Shown: one piece after another, positions 48,085-63,325 of the stretch
How the letters are laid out: every line of letters begins with the position of its first letter
Position numbering within the stretch: the stretch's first letter is position 1
Source of the DNA: Hemiscyllium ocellatum
Taxonomy: Eukaryota
Direction: 5' to 3'
NCBI RefSeq assembly: GCF_020745735.1
Contig: NC_083409.1
Location: forward strand, 7,367,534-7,431,533
Length of the DNA stretch: 64,000 nucleotides
Notes under the pieces: model-generated
The model's input: only the letters and a program-made list of their open reading frames with translations
What the model was told of the DNA's origin: nothing
The model's database searches: none
Made by a program: the position numbers and the translations under genes

Positions 48085-50899
48085 CCTGCTGAAAGGAATA
48101 CATTTGTTCTGTCTCCACAGAGGAAGGTGCAGAAACGAACTTCCAGAAATGCTAGGGAACAGGGGCACTGGTGAAAATGAGAGACTGACAAAATTACAGT
48201 TAATGAAAGGTATTGCTTTCAAAATCTAATCAAATTCAAGGTTGGGATGTTGCTGGATCTGAGGAGCTACATCCCAGAGAATTGAGGAGTTTAGAACAGA
48301 GCTAGTGTAAGAATGACTGCGTATTCTTCAAACCTTGTTAAATTCTGGAAAATGCTGCAGACTGGATAACAGCTATTGTAAATCTAAATATTTAAACTAG
48401 GACGGAGAGGGAAAACAGAAAACTAAATAGTTTGCTGTCAGCTGTCAGGAAAAACATTGTAACTTTTTATAAGGAATGTGACAACTAGACACTTGGAGAA
48501 TCATGAAATGATTTGGTAGAGTCAGCCTGGATTCAGGAAAGGAAAATGATCTTTGATAAGTCTGCTGTAATTTGTGGAGATTTTTCTTTGTGACATCGAC
48601 AATTGAGAAACAGTGGGAGTAGAATATGCGAATTTTCAGAAACAGTTTGATACGTTGTAATACTGGTGTGTGGGGAATATGACAGTCCATGGGTAGGTAG
48701 GGGTGGAACATACCAAATGAATCAAAATTTGGATAATGGGAAGAATGAAGAGAATAGTGTTTTTTCTCTGGGTGGAAGGCTTCTGGGGAATCAGAAGGAT
48801 CAGTGCTTTGGCAATATCTGTTCATATGGTATAAAATGATTCAGAGGAGAACAACAAATATTTTGACTTTTTATTTATGTTTATTAAATGAATAGAGGTT
48901 GGGAAGTTATGTTGTTGAAAAGCACCTGGATGCCCTTGGTTCTAAGTCCCTAACAGAATTCAGATGGGACTGCAAGTAAAGATAACTGAAAATGATATCT
49001 GGTCTTCCATGCAAAATACGCGAAGTACCACAGTAAATATATCTTACTCAATGGCAGTGTTTTGATGAAAGAATAATTGAGGGTATTGTGTACAGACTGA
49101 GTCTGCTTTATAAATAATAACGTCACCGAGACAGTGCAAAGGAGTTTCACTAGACTGAACCTTGGCACTATGGTACCATCAGGAAAGAGTGCAGGAACTA
49201 TGTGTTTACCTTGTAGCGCTGTGAGAGAATACGAAGTTGAAACTTGATGGTTATGGACGAACAATCATTACATCCCAAATAGCCATTGATAAGGTGGGAA
49301 TTTCCATACTTTCCACAGGATGTCCGATTCCCGATAGACCTCATTTCCATTAACAGAGAGGTCCAGGCTCTGAAAGAACTCTGAACACTTTCATGTACAG
49401 TTACTGTGTGACCCTGCACTCAACGTAACATTGTTCACAATCCTATCAGCATCCACAATATATTAATTCTGAAAATTAGCCATTCTCCATCAGCCTCTGA
49501 CTTCCAGAAAGAATGTATGTCTACTCTCTCAGCGATGGATGATGCCTTTGAAACTGGTTAAAATGGCTTCATTTCCACTGCCAGAAAACCACGTAACGTA
49601 ACACAGATGAACCATGAGTGAAGAAGCGATTAGGAATAACATTGAACAGTCCATTTGCTCAATTCCTGATCCATTTGTTTGTGAATTTAGAGCATATATG
49701 ACATCTTTTGCTCTTGTGTTAGTGGCTTGTAAAGCAAAATGACCTCTTCCTGTTCTTTTCTAAGTGACACTAGGTGTGAAATGTTTACTTTCTGATCCCG
49801 TGTAAGTGATGTGTGGGAATGAGCAGATGCCTTGTCTTCCAGTGTCACAGGGGGAGGGACTGATTGGGCTGTCCCTCTTCTTGTCCAGTAGTTTTGATGG
49901 GCTGCACAACATTCCCATATTCCTGTGAAGCCATATTGAGGTACTGAGTGAACTCCTCCATTTCCCGGGGTAATGTGCAGCGCTGTTTCATGAATGTTAC
50001 CGACAGTTTAACAGCACAGGCTTGAACGTTGTCTCAGTCTTATTGTACATGGACACAGACTGCACCAGGAGGTCAGGGATGACGAAGCTTTCTGAATGTT
50101 ATGAAACATACAGGATATATCCCCACTTCTGATCGATGTGGACTCAATGGGATGAATGGCCTGATTCCTCATAGCAGGGATTCCCCGCTGACAAACTGAG
50201 GATGCCTGGGCTGAGGGTGCTACCGTGAGGATCTCATGAAGTGACGTCCCACTGCTAAGATGATTGATACCCACCGATGATGAACATGTTCCCCTTGTAC
50301 TGTGAATGACTCCAAACAGTGGAGAGTTCGCAAATAATTCTGGTGAAGTGCAATTTTGCTCAGGCTGCCTGATGTCATCCTCAGTTGAATACTGCCTTCA
50401 TTTCAGTGCCAGTCGGTCTTTGCTAAGCTGTTGTATTCACCGCTACTGCTCAATTCAATAGGTCATGGCGTAGGAGCAGGCAGTGGTATCTTCAAACAGA
50501 GGCTCGGGAATGTCAGGAATTCTGCATTCCAGAGATTCAGGGCAGCTATAGCAGTAAGTGGCCTCCAACTGCTCCTGCCTAGAAGGTTAGAGGATCTGAA
50601 TGGAACATCAGAACATCGGACTCAGGAGAAAGATTAGATCGTTAGACACTATGAACCTTCTGTACTAGGCACTAAGACTGTGGCTGATAAGGTTGTAGTC
50701 TCAGCCCAACTTTCCCGTCTGTATCCCATTATCCATGATTCAACCTCTGTCAAATATTTATTACACTCAGTTTGCATAAATGTGAACAAAGAGGCACGAC
50801 AAACCTCTGGAGAAGAGAATTCCCACTCAAATTGTCTTTTTCGAAGTTCTTCTCATCTCTTTTACAGTGTCATATAACAGGGAACCTTGTCCACGTAAA

Positions 50900-52220
50900 T
50901 AAAGAAACCAATCTGATCTAGTCCCTTTTGCCGCCATTAGGCCAATATCTTTCGAAATCCTTCCTCTTAATATATATATCCAGATGCCTTTTAAATGTTG
51001 TAACTATACCAGCATCCATCACTTTTTCTGACTGCACATTCCATACACACACCACTAACTGCATGAAATTGTCGTCCCTTTACTATCTTGCTCCTCTCAA
51101 CTTAAGCTTATGTCCTATAGTTCTCGACTCCACTGACCTTGGCTATTCAGATTTTTCGTGTTCCTCATGATTTTGTAAATATCTATAATGCCACTCCTCC
51201 ACCTCCACTGCTCCAGAGTAAACAAGCCCCAGTCTGCTGAGCTCAATCCCTCCATACCCGGAAAAAGCCTAGTACATCTTGCCTGCACCCTCTCAAGTAT
51301 AACATCCTTACTGCAGCAGAGAGAACTTAATTAAACACAGGTTTCTGAATCTGGCCTCACCAACATTCTGCCCAGTCACAACATGATCTCCCAACTCGCA
51401 TACTCAATATACTGACCAAAAAAAGGCAAGCATACCAAAACCTTGTTCGCCTCCCTGTCTACCTGCGATTCTACTTTCAAGGGTCCATGAGCCTGCAGTT
51501 TGGTTCAACAACTCTCCCTATGGGCTCAACATTAATTGCATATCTCCTGCCCTATTTTACCGTTCCAAACTACAACACTTCACATCAATCTAAATTTCAC
51601 TCCATCTGTCACTCCTTGGCCCATTGGCCAATCTGACCGATGTCCCATTGTACTCTAAGGAAAATCTTGCTGGCCACTGCCCCTCCAATTTTAATGGCAT
51701 CTATAAACATAATAAACAGGCAAATATTAACATTCAAATAATTTATATAAATACTGAAAAGCATTAGATTCAGCACTGCTCCTTGTGCTACATCACTGGT
51801 CACAGATATCCTGTCTGAAAAGCAGTCCTCTAGCACCCTCGTTCTCCTAAATTTCCTCTAAATCTGTCGTCATTTGGCTAGCTTCGCTTGGATCTATTTA
51901 TGACCTCACCTTACTAACTTGTCTATCATGCAGAATCCTTTCGAATGCCTTTATGAAGTCTATATGGACAGCGTCTACCACACTGCCATCACCAATCTTC
52001 TTTGTCACCGCTTCATAAAATGCAATCAACTTGTTAGAAATGATTTCCCATGCGCAAAGCCACATTGACTCTCATTCATCAGTTGTTGCAATTGCAAATA
52101 CATGTAAATCCTGACCCTCTCAATGCTCTCCAACAACATGGCTACCCATGACGTCAGGCACACTGATCTATAGTTGAGGACATTATTCTTTTTCTTCATC
52201 CCACGCATCCACTGCTGACT
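50900..52220 (-). mobile_element. Decayed CR1 RT/3' fragments
   Basis: SVTSDVAQGAVLNLMLFSIYIN...FIDAIKIGG; NYRSVCLTS...SQCGFAHGKSFLT. Confidence 0.7.
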
Positions 52221-52634
52221 GCAAATGTTAATGTAACCGGGATGGTGATATGATCAATAATCTAAGTCTCAGACTGTGTGAGGGTTAGGAACAAGTCAGG
52301 CAGGATTATTTAATCTGCTAAAATTAACAAGTTTATGACCAAATAAAAATTATTCAAACTACGACTGAAAGATAATCATAAAATGTTTGAATGTTGCAAA
52401 TCTGTGCGCAGATGTTGCCTTCTCTCAAAATCATGACACAAACCTACGTTTGATGACAAACTGAAAAATATAATCTCTGCAGAACGTTCATTGAGAGAAC
52501 TGTGATCAAAGATTAATTGAACTCATCACGAAATGAAATATGCGTGATTGTTCCAAATATCCTTCAGCTTATGGATGATCTGCTTATCCAAGCTACTCGT
52601 AATGGGATTACTTCCTGGAACAGGTGGATTTAGC

Positions 52635-53548
52635 TAGAACATAGAATATAGAACAATACAGCACAGAACAGGTCCTTTGGCCCACAATGTTGTGGCGAAC
52701 GTTTGTCCTAGCTTAAGCAAATATCCATGTACCTATCCAATTGCCGCTTAAAGGTCACCAATGATTTGGACTCTGCCACTCCCACAGGCAGCCCATTCCA
52801 TGCCACCACCGCTCTCTGAGTGAAGAACCTACCCCTGACATCCCCCTATACCTTCCACCCTTCACCTTAAATTTATGTCCGCTTGTAACACTCTGTTGTA
52901 CCCGGAGAAAAATTCTCTGACTGTCTACTCTATCTATTGCCCTGATCATCTGATAAACCTCTATCAAGTCACCCCTCATCCTTCTCCGTTCCAATGAGAA
53001 AAGGCATTGTACTCTCAACTTATCCTCGTACGACCTATTCTCCATTCCAGGCACCAAGCTGGTAAATCTCCTCTGCACTCTCTCCAATGCTTCCACCTCT
53101 TTCCTAAAATGAGGCTACCAGAATTGATCACAGTACTCCAAATGTGGCCTTACCAAGGTCCTATGCAGCTGCAACATCACCTCGCGACTCTTGAATTCAA
53201 TCCCTCTGCTAATGAACGCTAATACACCACAGGTCTTCTTCCAAGTTCTCTGAACATAGACCCCATGATCTCTCTGCTCCTCCACCTTACTAAGAACCCG
53301 ACCGTTAACCCTGTATTGCACATTCTTATTTGTCCTTCCAAAATGGACAACCTCACACTGGACAGGGTTGAACCCCATCTACCACACCTCAGCCCAGCTC
53401 TGCATCATCCCTTTGCAGCCGACAACAGCCCTCCTCACTATCCACAACTCCACCAGTCTTCGTATCGTCTGCAAATTTACTGAACTGCCCTTCGACTCCA
53501 TCTTCCATGTCATCAATAATAATTAAAAACAGCAGAGGACCCAGAACT
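52635..53548 (-). mobile_element. Young CR1 LINE 3' fragment
   Basis: GFNPVQCEVVHFGRTN...LVRPHLEYCDQFW; MEALERVQRRF...RGDLIEVYQM; (ATAGAAC)-type tail. Confidence 0.9.
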
Positions 53549-55199
53549 TGCCTTTACTTCAGGCAATGTGGCGATTCCTGTGAATCCTCGACAGGAATCC
53601 TCCATGAGTGGTAAAGATGACGAGGTGTTTTCACCTCATACACATTGCTGGAAAGAGCAACACAGAGAGAGAGAGGGAGCAACAGGCTGTGCCTTTTCAA
53701 GAAGGATTCATTTTCTCACACTCTGAGTTGGATCACACAATATCGTTTTTCGGCACTAAACTGGAACAAATGAGGTCTGTTTCAACAGTGTCTGAACTGT
53801 ACCACTCCATCCCATTCCCTGCTCCATGTAGGCACATCACTGCTGCTGTTGGACACCCAACCATTTCTTTCGGAACAAGTAGCGCCACTAGATTTGAAGA
53901 TACATTTATATGTTCCCGTGTACATGTATAATACAACTTGTAATATCTTCACAATATCTGCATTTCAGTGACTGTACCTTGTTCTTAAATTAGCTCCCCA
54001 GCCTTATTCTCCCATATAAGATAAAATATTCATCATTTATTGACCAGCGCAAAATCTTATATGGTCAATAATAACATGTCTCGTTCTTCGGCCAAATCTT
54101 CGAATTGTTCATAACACAATGCATTCATCGCAAAACCGAGTGAAGAGAAACATCACTGAAACATTTCAAAAGCAATTTGTTTTTCACTTCAGTGAAATTA
54201 CAACCACACACAGTACATCAGTTGCCTTCTCAACCTCGGCCTGTACAGATGCAGAAACACATCCTTAAAATCAGACCCAATACTATTTATCAAGAAAATA
54301 AATCTCCATTTACTTTCCAAATCACGTGCTGCGTCCACAGTCTAACTTGTTGTGATTTATGTACCAGGACACTCAAATCCCTTTGTACCACCGAGTTCTG
54401 CATTCTGCCTCCAGTTACATAATTTATTGTTGTTTCATGATTCGTCCACAACACAAACTTCCCATCGCCCACATTGTCCATATTTTTGTTTTGCTGAAGG
54501 TTTGCTTACGACCCTCCCCTGTCTGTCTCCTAATGCAGACATTGTGTCTCCACTTGACATCTAATTGAATGAAGATCCTGGTGTACGGGCAAATTGAGCT
54601 TCAATCCGTTCATCGGCGTCATCCAAAGCATTATTCTAGATTGTAAACTGTTGATACACTCACACGGATCTCTGAGCAATTTCATTAGTTACAGCTTTCC
54701 AACTTGAAAACAAGTAATTATCGCCATTCTGTATTTCCTTGTCGCTGTCCAGGACTCCTCTGTTCCTGTGTAGCAGGGCAGCCTCGAAAGATTGCATGGC
54801 TTTCTGCTATGCTGTGTAGCTGATTGTCGATTTGTTTCTGATCTCAGCGATCCCCCATTCGGCCTTTTGTTGTCAGATGATCAAATGGAGTTCGTACTGT
54901 CAACGATCCTGATCCCTGAGATTTTAAAAATGAGCACAGAAAATAGAATCACATTTGGGGGGATCGCTAACCGGTCAAAAATGTGGAATTTCTGATGCAG
55001 CAATACAACAATTCTGCAATATCAGTCATGTGATAAATTTTGACCTTTAGACACTGAGGAGGTGTGTGGGAGGGACAACTTCCTATGAGCCTGATTAACA
55101 TGTGTCCCCTTAACAACACAACCAATAATCTTCATCATTAGTTTCATTTTTGGCAGTTGGTGCTGTGTTGAAAAATTGCTGCAGTCACTACATGGCAAA

Positions 55200-56878
55200 A
55201 TAAACTATTCTCTTTGAGAGGTGACCTTATACAGGTTCATAAAATCATGATGGGCATGGATAGGGCAAATAAGCAAGGTCTTTCCTTTGGGAAAGGGAGT
55301 CCAGAACGAGACGACATAGGTTTAAGGTGATGGGGCAAGATATACAAGGGACCTAAGGGGCAACTTGTTCACGCAGAATATGGTGTGTGTGTGTGTGTGG
55401 AATGAGCTGCAATTGGAAATGGTGGAAGCTGGTATAATTACAACATTTAAAAGTCATCCAGATGGGTATATGGAAAGGAATGACTCAGAGGATATGGGTG
55501 AAGTGCTGGCAAATGAGGACATCTGGTTGGCACGAATAAGTTGGCCCAAAGGGTCTGTTTCCCTGATGTATATCGCTATTTTACTATGACTGAATCCTTC
55601 ATTCTATTCCCGTGTATCTCCTTCGAGGGGCAGAATGCATGCCTCCTGCCTCATTGCAGTGTTACTGACTATATTAATGGGGTCTTCTTCTCCCTCTGTA
55701 AGAGGCTTAAGGGATGCCGTGAGAGAACAACATGGGAGAGGAGCTCCAGCCAGCTACTCAGTTTTTAAAGGTAATGGCTGCTCTGTTTGTGGCCGAAAAG
55801 CCCTTTCCTGCCCATTCCCAACAAACACTGACTCCCCTGTCCAACAAAGGTCAGTCAAGGTGAGCCTTGAATATCTTCAATGACCCCCCCACTACTTTTT
55901 GTCATTTATATAAATGATTTGGATGTGGGTATAAGAGGTATAGTTAATAAATTTGCAGATGACACCAAAATTGAAGATGTAGAGAACAGCAAAGAAGGTT
56001 ATCTCTTAGTACAATCGGATCTTGATCAATTGGACCAATAAGCTGAGAGGTGGCTGATGGAGTTTAATTTAGATAGATATGAGGTGATGCAATTTTGGAA
56101 ATCAAATCTTAATAGGACTTATGCACTAAATGGTAAGATCCTAGGAAGTGTTGCTGAACAAAGACACCTTGGAGTGCAGGTTCATAGCTCCTTGAAAGTG
56201 GAGTCGCAGATAGATAGGCCAGCGAAGAAGACGCTTGGTAGGCTTTCCCATATTGGTCAGAGTGTTGAATACAGGAGTTTAGATGTCATGTTGCGGCTGT
56301 ACAGACATTGGATCAGCCACTGAAGGAATATTGCGTGCAATTATGGTCTTCTTCCTATCGAAAAGGTCATTGTGAAACTTGAAAGGGTTCAGGAAAGATT
56401 TACAAAAATGTTGCCACGGTTGAAGAATTAGAGCTATAGGGAGAGGTTAATTATTCTAGGGCTGTTTTACCTGGAGCATTTGAGGCTGAGGAGTGACCTT
56501 ATAGAGGTTTACAAAATCATGAGGAGCATGGATAGGATAAATAAATGGTCTTTTCCTTGAGGCGGGGAGTCCAGAACTGGAGGACTTAGGTTTAAGATGA
56601 AAGGAGAAAGATATAAAAGAGACATAAGGGTCAGCGTTTTCCACGCAGAGGGTGGTACGTCTATGGAATTAGCTGCCGGACGAAATGGTGGAGGCTGGTA
56701 CAATTGCAACGTTTAAAAGGCATCTGAATGAGTATATGAACAGGATGGGTTTGGAGGGATATAGGTGAGGTGCTAGTAGGTTGGACTAGATGGCGTTGGG
56801 ATATCTGGTCGGCATGGATGAGTTATACCTAAGGGTCTGTTTCCGTGCTGTCCATCTCTATGAGACTATGACTCTATG
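55200..56878 (+). mobile_element. Two CR1 3' fragments (about 55200-55590 and 55891-56878)
   Basis: FADDTKI..., MEFNLDRYEVMQF and FTQNMV...WNELQ, ending in a (CTATGA)-type tail. Confidence 0.8.
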
Positions 56879-58839
56879 GCCTAGTCTTTACTGTTCTCTG
56901 AGGTTGAGAATACCACAGACAGCACAACTCTAAGGAGATAGGAACATACTTATCTCAACCTTTAATGAGAAAGCCTCTAAATTTAAAAGTGTATGAGCCT
57001 CACAGCAAGTCAGCTTCTCTTCTTTTAAAAAAAAATAGGCACAACCAATAGGAAAGGCATGGATCATTCAGCCCTTCAAACCTACCCACATTCCCATTGA
57101 CTCTGTTCAGTAAAGTATTTGTCAAATTCAGCCTCCACTGCTCTCTTGGGTCAACATTTCAGATAATGTAAACCATAAAACATATGAAATTCTTGCGGAA
57201 ATGGAAAGTTTGGTCTATCGAATCTGATCTGCTGTTCCATACTGGTTAACATGTTTCTTAGTAAAATTTTTCCACCTTCTCCCTCTAACGCTTGAACCCT
57301 TATCAATAAATAAATATATATATATATATATATATATCTGTCTTAAAGACAAACTGTGTCTGTGTCTCTGTATGTCTGTATGCATGTTTGTGTGTGTTGG
57401 GTTATTGGCGGGAGGAGTGTGACTTTGGGACTGGAGGCCTGTGACCAGCGCCATTCCACTGGTATTGGTGTTGGATCCACATTTGGTTGTAATTTATCTC
57501 AATTATATAAATGAGAATTATAGAATTACAGCTGACACCAAGATTAGTTATCATAGGAAGGTAAAGAAGGATACATAAGATGACAGAGCGATCTTTTCAA
57601 ATTGGATTGATGAATTGTAGAGTTGTACAGGGCAGAAACAGACACTTTTGTCAAACTCATGCTTGCTAATCAGATGTCCTTAATTAACTTTGTTTCTTTT
57701 TCTACCATTTGTTCCATATTCCTCTAAACTTTTCCTATACATATCAATATCCAGATAATTGTAACAGCCTCTACCACTTCGTCTGGGAACTTATTGCATG
57801 CACGTACCTCTATCTATGTTAAAATGATCCCCTTAGGTCCCTTTTATATCTTGTCCATCTCAACTTAAATCCATGTTCTCTAGTTTTGGAGTTCCCTGCA
57901 TTGGAGTAAAGACCCTGACTATTCACCCTATCCATGCCATTCATGATTTTATAAACCTCCAGAATGTGCAAATTTGACTCCAATCAACACGAATGGCTTT
58001 GTTTTCGGGAAAATCAGGCCTAAGCTTTCAAATACAATACTGACACCTCATCCTTCTCCAACACATCATAATTCTAAAATTATTTTAATCAACTTGTTCA
58101 GCCACATTATGATACATCTATGTGGAATTTGAATCTAGATATTAGGCTCAGAAGTAGGAACATTACCACCAGTTGGCAACAGTCCCTAAAGCTGCAACAT
58201 TATTCACTTCTGTGTTTGTTCATCAGCCTGTTTTTAAATACTGTGACTTATCTCCGTGACAGGCAGTACTTTAATCCAGACTTCTGGTCCAGAGTGAGAA
58301 ACACGACCACGCAAGTTCGATTATTGGAATCAAACCCAGAGCTCATGCTCAGAGGCTTGGGCGTTACCCACCAAACAGGACTTAAACCATGCCCAGATTT
58401 TCGGTCACATTTTAAATGTCATCTTTCAGCTCGGTCTGAATTCATTCAAAATTGGTTCTATTTTACTAAATTACACAGTTAAAAGAATAACATTTTTGCA
58501 ACAGATAAATCATCCTCACCTCAAATGTAGGATGTTGAGTTTATGTGCTCTGCCTTCATGATAAACTATGAATATATTTAATTGTTTGGCTATGATTTCC
58601 AACTTAAGTGATTATTATCTGTGGTCTGCAATATGAGGGAAATGCGTCCTGCAGACACACTCTGTGCTATGAAGGACTTGGATTAGATACTTGTGCCTGA
58701 ACACCAGAGATGAAGAAAAAGCGTACGTTATGGAGCAAAATCACCAATCATTCTTTCTCACCAGTAAAATGTGACTGCCCTCTTCTTAAAACCAATAAGT
58801 GATCCAAGGCAGATGATTACTGTCCAGCCTTTCTTTCCA

Positions 58840-61480
58840 AGCACTACCACTCACTGGGCTAAGGAGTGTCAGATGAAGTTTCATTTCCATAAATACAAAT
58901 ATCACAATTTGATAAAACAAACAAGGAAAGGATATACAAAATTAAATGTCGGGTCATTGGTAGCGTTGTAGAAGAGAGGGATCTAGGAGTTCTGGTATAT
59001 TTCTTTGAAGTTTGCATCATGTGAAGGCAGGGTGGGTATGAAGGCGTTTGGTTTGCTGGCCTTCAATGCTCAGACCTTTGAGTACAGGAGATCGAACATT
59101 TTCTTCAGGTTGTGCTGGATATTTGTGAGCTCTTTCCTGGAGTACTGTGTAGTTGTGGTCACCCAGTTGCATTGAGGATATTATTAAACTGGAGAGGGTT
59201 CAGAAAGCCTTAACGGGTTGTTGCTGGGAATGGAGTGCTTAAATTATAAGGACGGTCTCGATGGACTGGGGCCTTTTCCACTGCAGCATAAGAGGTTGAG
59301 ACCTTATCAACCTTATAGAGGCTTATGAAATAATGAGGGGTATAAATAATGTTGAATGGCAAGTGTTCTTTCTCTAGGGTGTTGAATTTCAAGACGGGGT
59401 AATTTTAAGATAAGAGGAGCAAGACATCGTGTCATAGAGCTGTCCAGCATGGAAACAGGCCCTTCTATCCAACTCGTCCCTAAATTACCAGATGTCCTAT
59501 ATTAATGTTGTTCCATTTGCCAGCATTTGCCCATACCCCCTAAAAACTTCCTATTCACGTGCCCATCCAGATCCCTTGTAATTTTAAATGTGATAATTGT
59601 TCCCGCCTTCACAACTTCATCTGACACCTTTATTTTTTGAAAGCGTTGCCCCTGAGACTCCTTATAAGTCTTGCCCCTCTTACTTTCAACCTATGTCTTC
59701 TAGCTTTGGCGAGTGCTACCCTTGGAAAGGCTCTTGGCTATTGACACTACCAATTGCACTTATGACTTTAGAAACCTTTAATATCACCTCTCAACGACGG
59801 ATGCTCCAGGGAGAATAACCCCAGCATATTCAACCTCTCCATAAATCGAAAAACAGCCAACCCTAGCAATATCTTTTCAATCTTTTCTGAATTCTTGCAG
59901 GTTTCACACCTCCTTCTTCAAAGAGCGAGACTGTAACTGCACGAAGTATTCAATCGTGACCTTACCAATGTCCCATACAGCCGCAATATGACCTTCCAAC
60001 TCCTACATTCAATGCACTGACCAACAACGAGAAGCATATCAACTACCTTCTTCTGTTTCTTATATGCCTGTGACTTCACTTTCAAAATACTATGAACCTG
60101 CACTCCAAGATCTCTTTCCTTAGCAACACTCCCCAGGGACCTAATATTAAATGAATAAGCCAAGCGTTAATTTTCCTTTCCAAAATGCAGCACATCACAT
60201 TTATCTAAATTGATCTCCATCTGCAACTCCTCAGCGCGTTGGTCCATCCGGTCAAGATCCCGTTATATTCTGAGGTAATCATTTTCTCTGCCCACTGCAC
60301 CTCCAATGTTGGAGTCAACTTTGAACTGACTAACCATACCTCCTGTGTTCATATCCAAATCACTTATGTAAATGATGAACAGCAGTAGACAGAGCACCAA
60401 TCTATGTGGCACACCACTGGTCACGGGCCTCCAGTGAGAAAAACAACCCTCTACCACCACCCTCTCTCTTCTATCTTTGAGCTAATTTTGTATCCAAATG
60501 GCTCATTCTCTTTGTGTTTCATGAGATCTCACCTTGTTAACCAGTCTCCCATGGCGAACATTGTCGAATGCCTTACTGAATTCCATATCGATCACGTGCA
60601 CTGTTCTGCTCTCATCAATACTTTTTTGAACTTCTTCAAGAAAAGAATAATCCAGTTTGTGAGACATGATCTCCCATGCACAAAGCCACGTTGACTTTCC
60701 CTTATCAGTCCTTGCCTTTCCAAACATATGTAAATCCTGTCATTAGGATTCTCTCCAACAACTTGCCCACCATCGATGTCAGGCTCAGTGGTTTATTGTT
60801 CCCTGGCTTTTCCTTCCCATTTTGTTTAATAATGGCACCACGCTAGTCATCTCATATCTTCCATCACCTCACCTATGGCTATTGATGTTCAGAACATGTC
60901 ATTAAGATTTCCAGCAATAATTGCACATAGAGTATAGAACATTGCCACGCAGTACAGGCCCTTGGGCCCTCGATGTTGCACCGATCTGTCATACCAATCT
61001 GAATTCCATCTAATCTATACTGTTCCATATACGCCCATTTGTTGGTCCAAAGACGAGTTAAGTGTACTTAAAGTTGGCGGAATTACTACCGTTGCACGGA
61101 AAAAAAAACATTCTATACTCTAACTGCTCTCTGAGTAAAGAAACTACCTCTGACATCTGTCCTATATCTAACACCCTTCAATTTAAAGCTATGCCCCCAT
61201 GCTCGCTGTCACCATACTTGGAAAAGGCTCTCCCTGTCCACTCTATCTAACCCTCTGATTTTTTTAAATGACTCTATTAAATCATCTCTCAACCTTCTTC
61301 TCTCTAACGAAAATAGTCTCAATACTCTCAACCTTTCCTCGTAAGACCTTCCCTCCATACCAGACAACATCCTAGTGAATCTCCTCTGCACATTTTCCAA
61401 AGCTTCCACACCTTTCTTTTAATACGGTGATCAGAACTGTACACAATACTCCAAGTGCGGCCGCACCAGTATTGTACAGC
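58840..61480. mobile_element. CR1 fragments: + at about 58840-59400; - at about 59420-60900 and 60927-61480
   Basis: WRPVTSGVP...LFIIYISDLD; VIDMEFSKAFDNVRHGRL; MEALENVQRRFTRMLSGMEGRSYEERL. Confidence 0.8.
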
Positions 61481-61764
61481 GGCACTTCTGGAGCTTCCCA
61501 CCGAGTTCTCACGTGTACCTGATCAAGACCCATGAAGTGCATTGTGAATACACATCATTTCCTTCATGTATGGCATGACCGTCCTCAGAAGTGATTGATG
61601 TGGGTAAAGTTACAACGTTTAAAAGACATTTTTTTAGTACAAGAATAAGAGAAGATTTGGAAAATCATGGCCCAAGTGCAGGAACTTGGGACTAGTTTAG
61701 TTTGAGATTATCATTAGCATTGAGCGTATGGGCCAACAGGTCTTTTTTCACACCAATTGTATAA

Positions 61765-63325
61765 CTCTCTGATTCCATGTGTGTTTGTATGTCCAAGTAT
61801 GTATCTGCATATTTCTGACCACACTTGTCGATTTCGCTGTGTGTGTGTATATGTACATGTGTGTATTTATCTCTTTGTGTGTTCCTGCATTAGTGTGTGT
61901 ATGCATGTTTGTATCTCCATCTCTGCATTTGTGTGCAATGGGAGCTATTTTGTTTTGGGGTAAATCATTGAATGGGGTTCAAGGCCTCCCTTCCTCCCTT
62001 TCCCTCTCCCTTTGTCTCTCTCCCTTTTGCTGAAAATGATACAATTCCATGCTCTTCTGCTGTGTTTTAGGACTTTTCAATTCTTTCTGACTGGTAAGGG
62101 TAAGTCACATTTTACAGGAGTGTGTGCGTGTGCGTCAATGTGTGTGTGCCTCTGTGCCTGTGCAAATGTGTTTGTATGCTGTGAGTGTACAGCTGTGTGT
62201 ATGTATGAGCGTCTGTGTGTGCATGTCTTTATCTGTGTGTTAATGTGCTCCTTTATTGTGTGTGTGTGTGTGTGTGCGTGCAGGTTTGTCTGTGTACGTT
62301 CATGCATGTGCATGTGTGTGGGTAATGTGTGTGTCTGTATATGGGGGCATTGTGAGTATCTGTTCGTCTGTCTGTACGTATGCATGCCTGTGTGTTGGTT
62401 TGGGTGGGTGTGTCGGCATGTATGGTGTATGTCAATGCATGTGTACATCTGCATGTGTGACTGCGTGTTTATGCCTGTCTGTCGGTCTAACTGTGTCCCT
62501 GTGTGCATATGTGTGTGGGTATATACGAATGTTATTTGTGAGGGTGTCTGTGTGAGTGGGTGGGGATTATGAATATCTTCATGGGTGGGAAATGTGGCTG
62601 TTTGTGTGCGGGTGTGTCGGCATGTGTGTGTGTGTCTCTGTCTGTGTGTGCGATTCTGTGTCTGTGTGTGCGTGTGTGGATCTGTGTTGAAGTAGTGTTT
62701 TGCTGAAAAAGCACAACTGTTCGGGCAACATTCAAGGAGAAGGAGGGTCGAAATGTCGAGCATAATCTCTTCATTACAAATGAGGCTGTGGGCAATGATG
62801 GCTGTGGGATAAATGGGAGAGGGTGGTGCTGGGGGGAAGATTGTTGTGAGGCGAATGTTAAATGAAGATGGGGTGAATGTGATAAGTCGGCGTCGAGGTT
62901 GGAATGGATGGATGGGAACGAAGCTGGAAAGGTAGTACATTTCAAGAAAGAGGTGCCGAGTTTGAGGGTGGGATCTGGAATAAGGTTGGGAGGGAGAGGA
63001 AATGAGGAAAGGGGTAGAATCTTTGGCTGTGAATGGTGCGTGCGTGTGTGTGTGCGCGCATTTGTATGTGTCATTTGGAGTGTGTACGTCTCTCGGGTGT
63101 CTGTGCATCTGTGTCTCTCTGCATTTGGTTGTGTATGCGTGTGTGTGTGTCTTTGTGGGATTCTGTGAGAGTGTGTGCCTGTGTGCAGCTGTATGTGTGT
63201 CTGTTCCGGTGAGCATGTATGTGTGCATGTGTGCGAGTCTGTGTGCGTGTGTCTGTGTCTGATTCTGTGCGTGTGTGTGTCTGCGTCTGCGTGTGTCTCT
63301 TCCTGTGTGTGCGTGTGTGTGGGGG
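61765..63325. repeat. Long (TG)n-rich low-complexity region
   Basis: Directly visible; produces the spurious 383-aa His/Thr ORF. Confidence 0.9.
62690..63025 (-). mobile_element. Old PLE 3' fragment embedded in the TG tract
   Basis: Minus strand tttcctcatttcc...ctcaaactcggcacc resembles 30940-30995 and ends with a decayed terminal repeat (gtgctttttcagc). Confidence 0.55.

Noticed and set aside
48121-48209. Possible plus-strand exon (tctccacag acceptor, gtattg donor)
   Set aside because: Weak donor, no recognisable product and no partner exons; the same applies to the micro-exon candidates at 44846-44884 and 62071-62093.
53745-53780. FGTKLEQ J-like string
   Set aside because: It lacks the FGxG spacing, an RSS and a splice donor.
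54664-54915. 252-nt minus-strand segment between good splice sites, near an 11-bp inverted repeat (54846-54968)
   Set aside because: Stops in all three frames and no recognisable homology.
62077-63228. 383-aa His/Thr-rich ORF and the overlapping Cys/Val-rich ORFs (also 19322-19771 and 32327-32602)
   Set aside because: These are translations of (TG)n/(CA)n low-complexity tracts.
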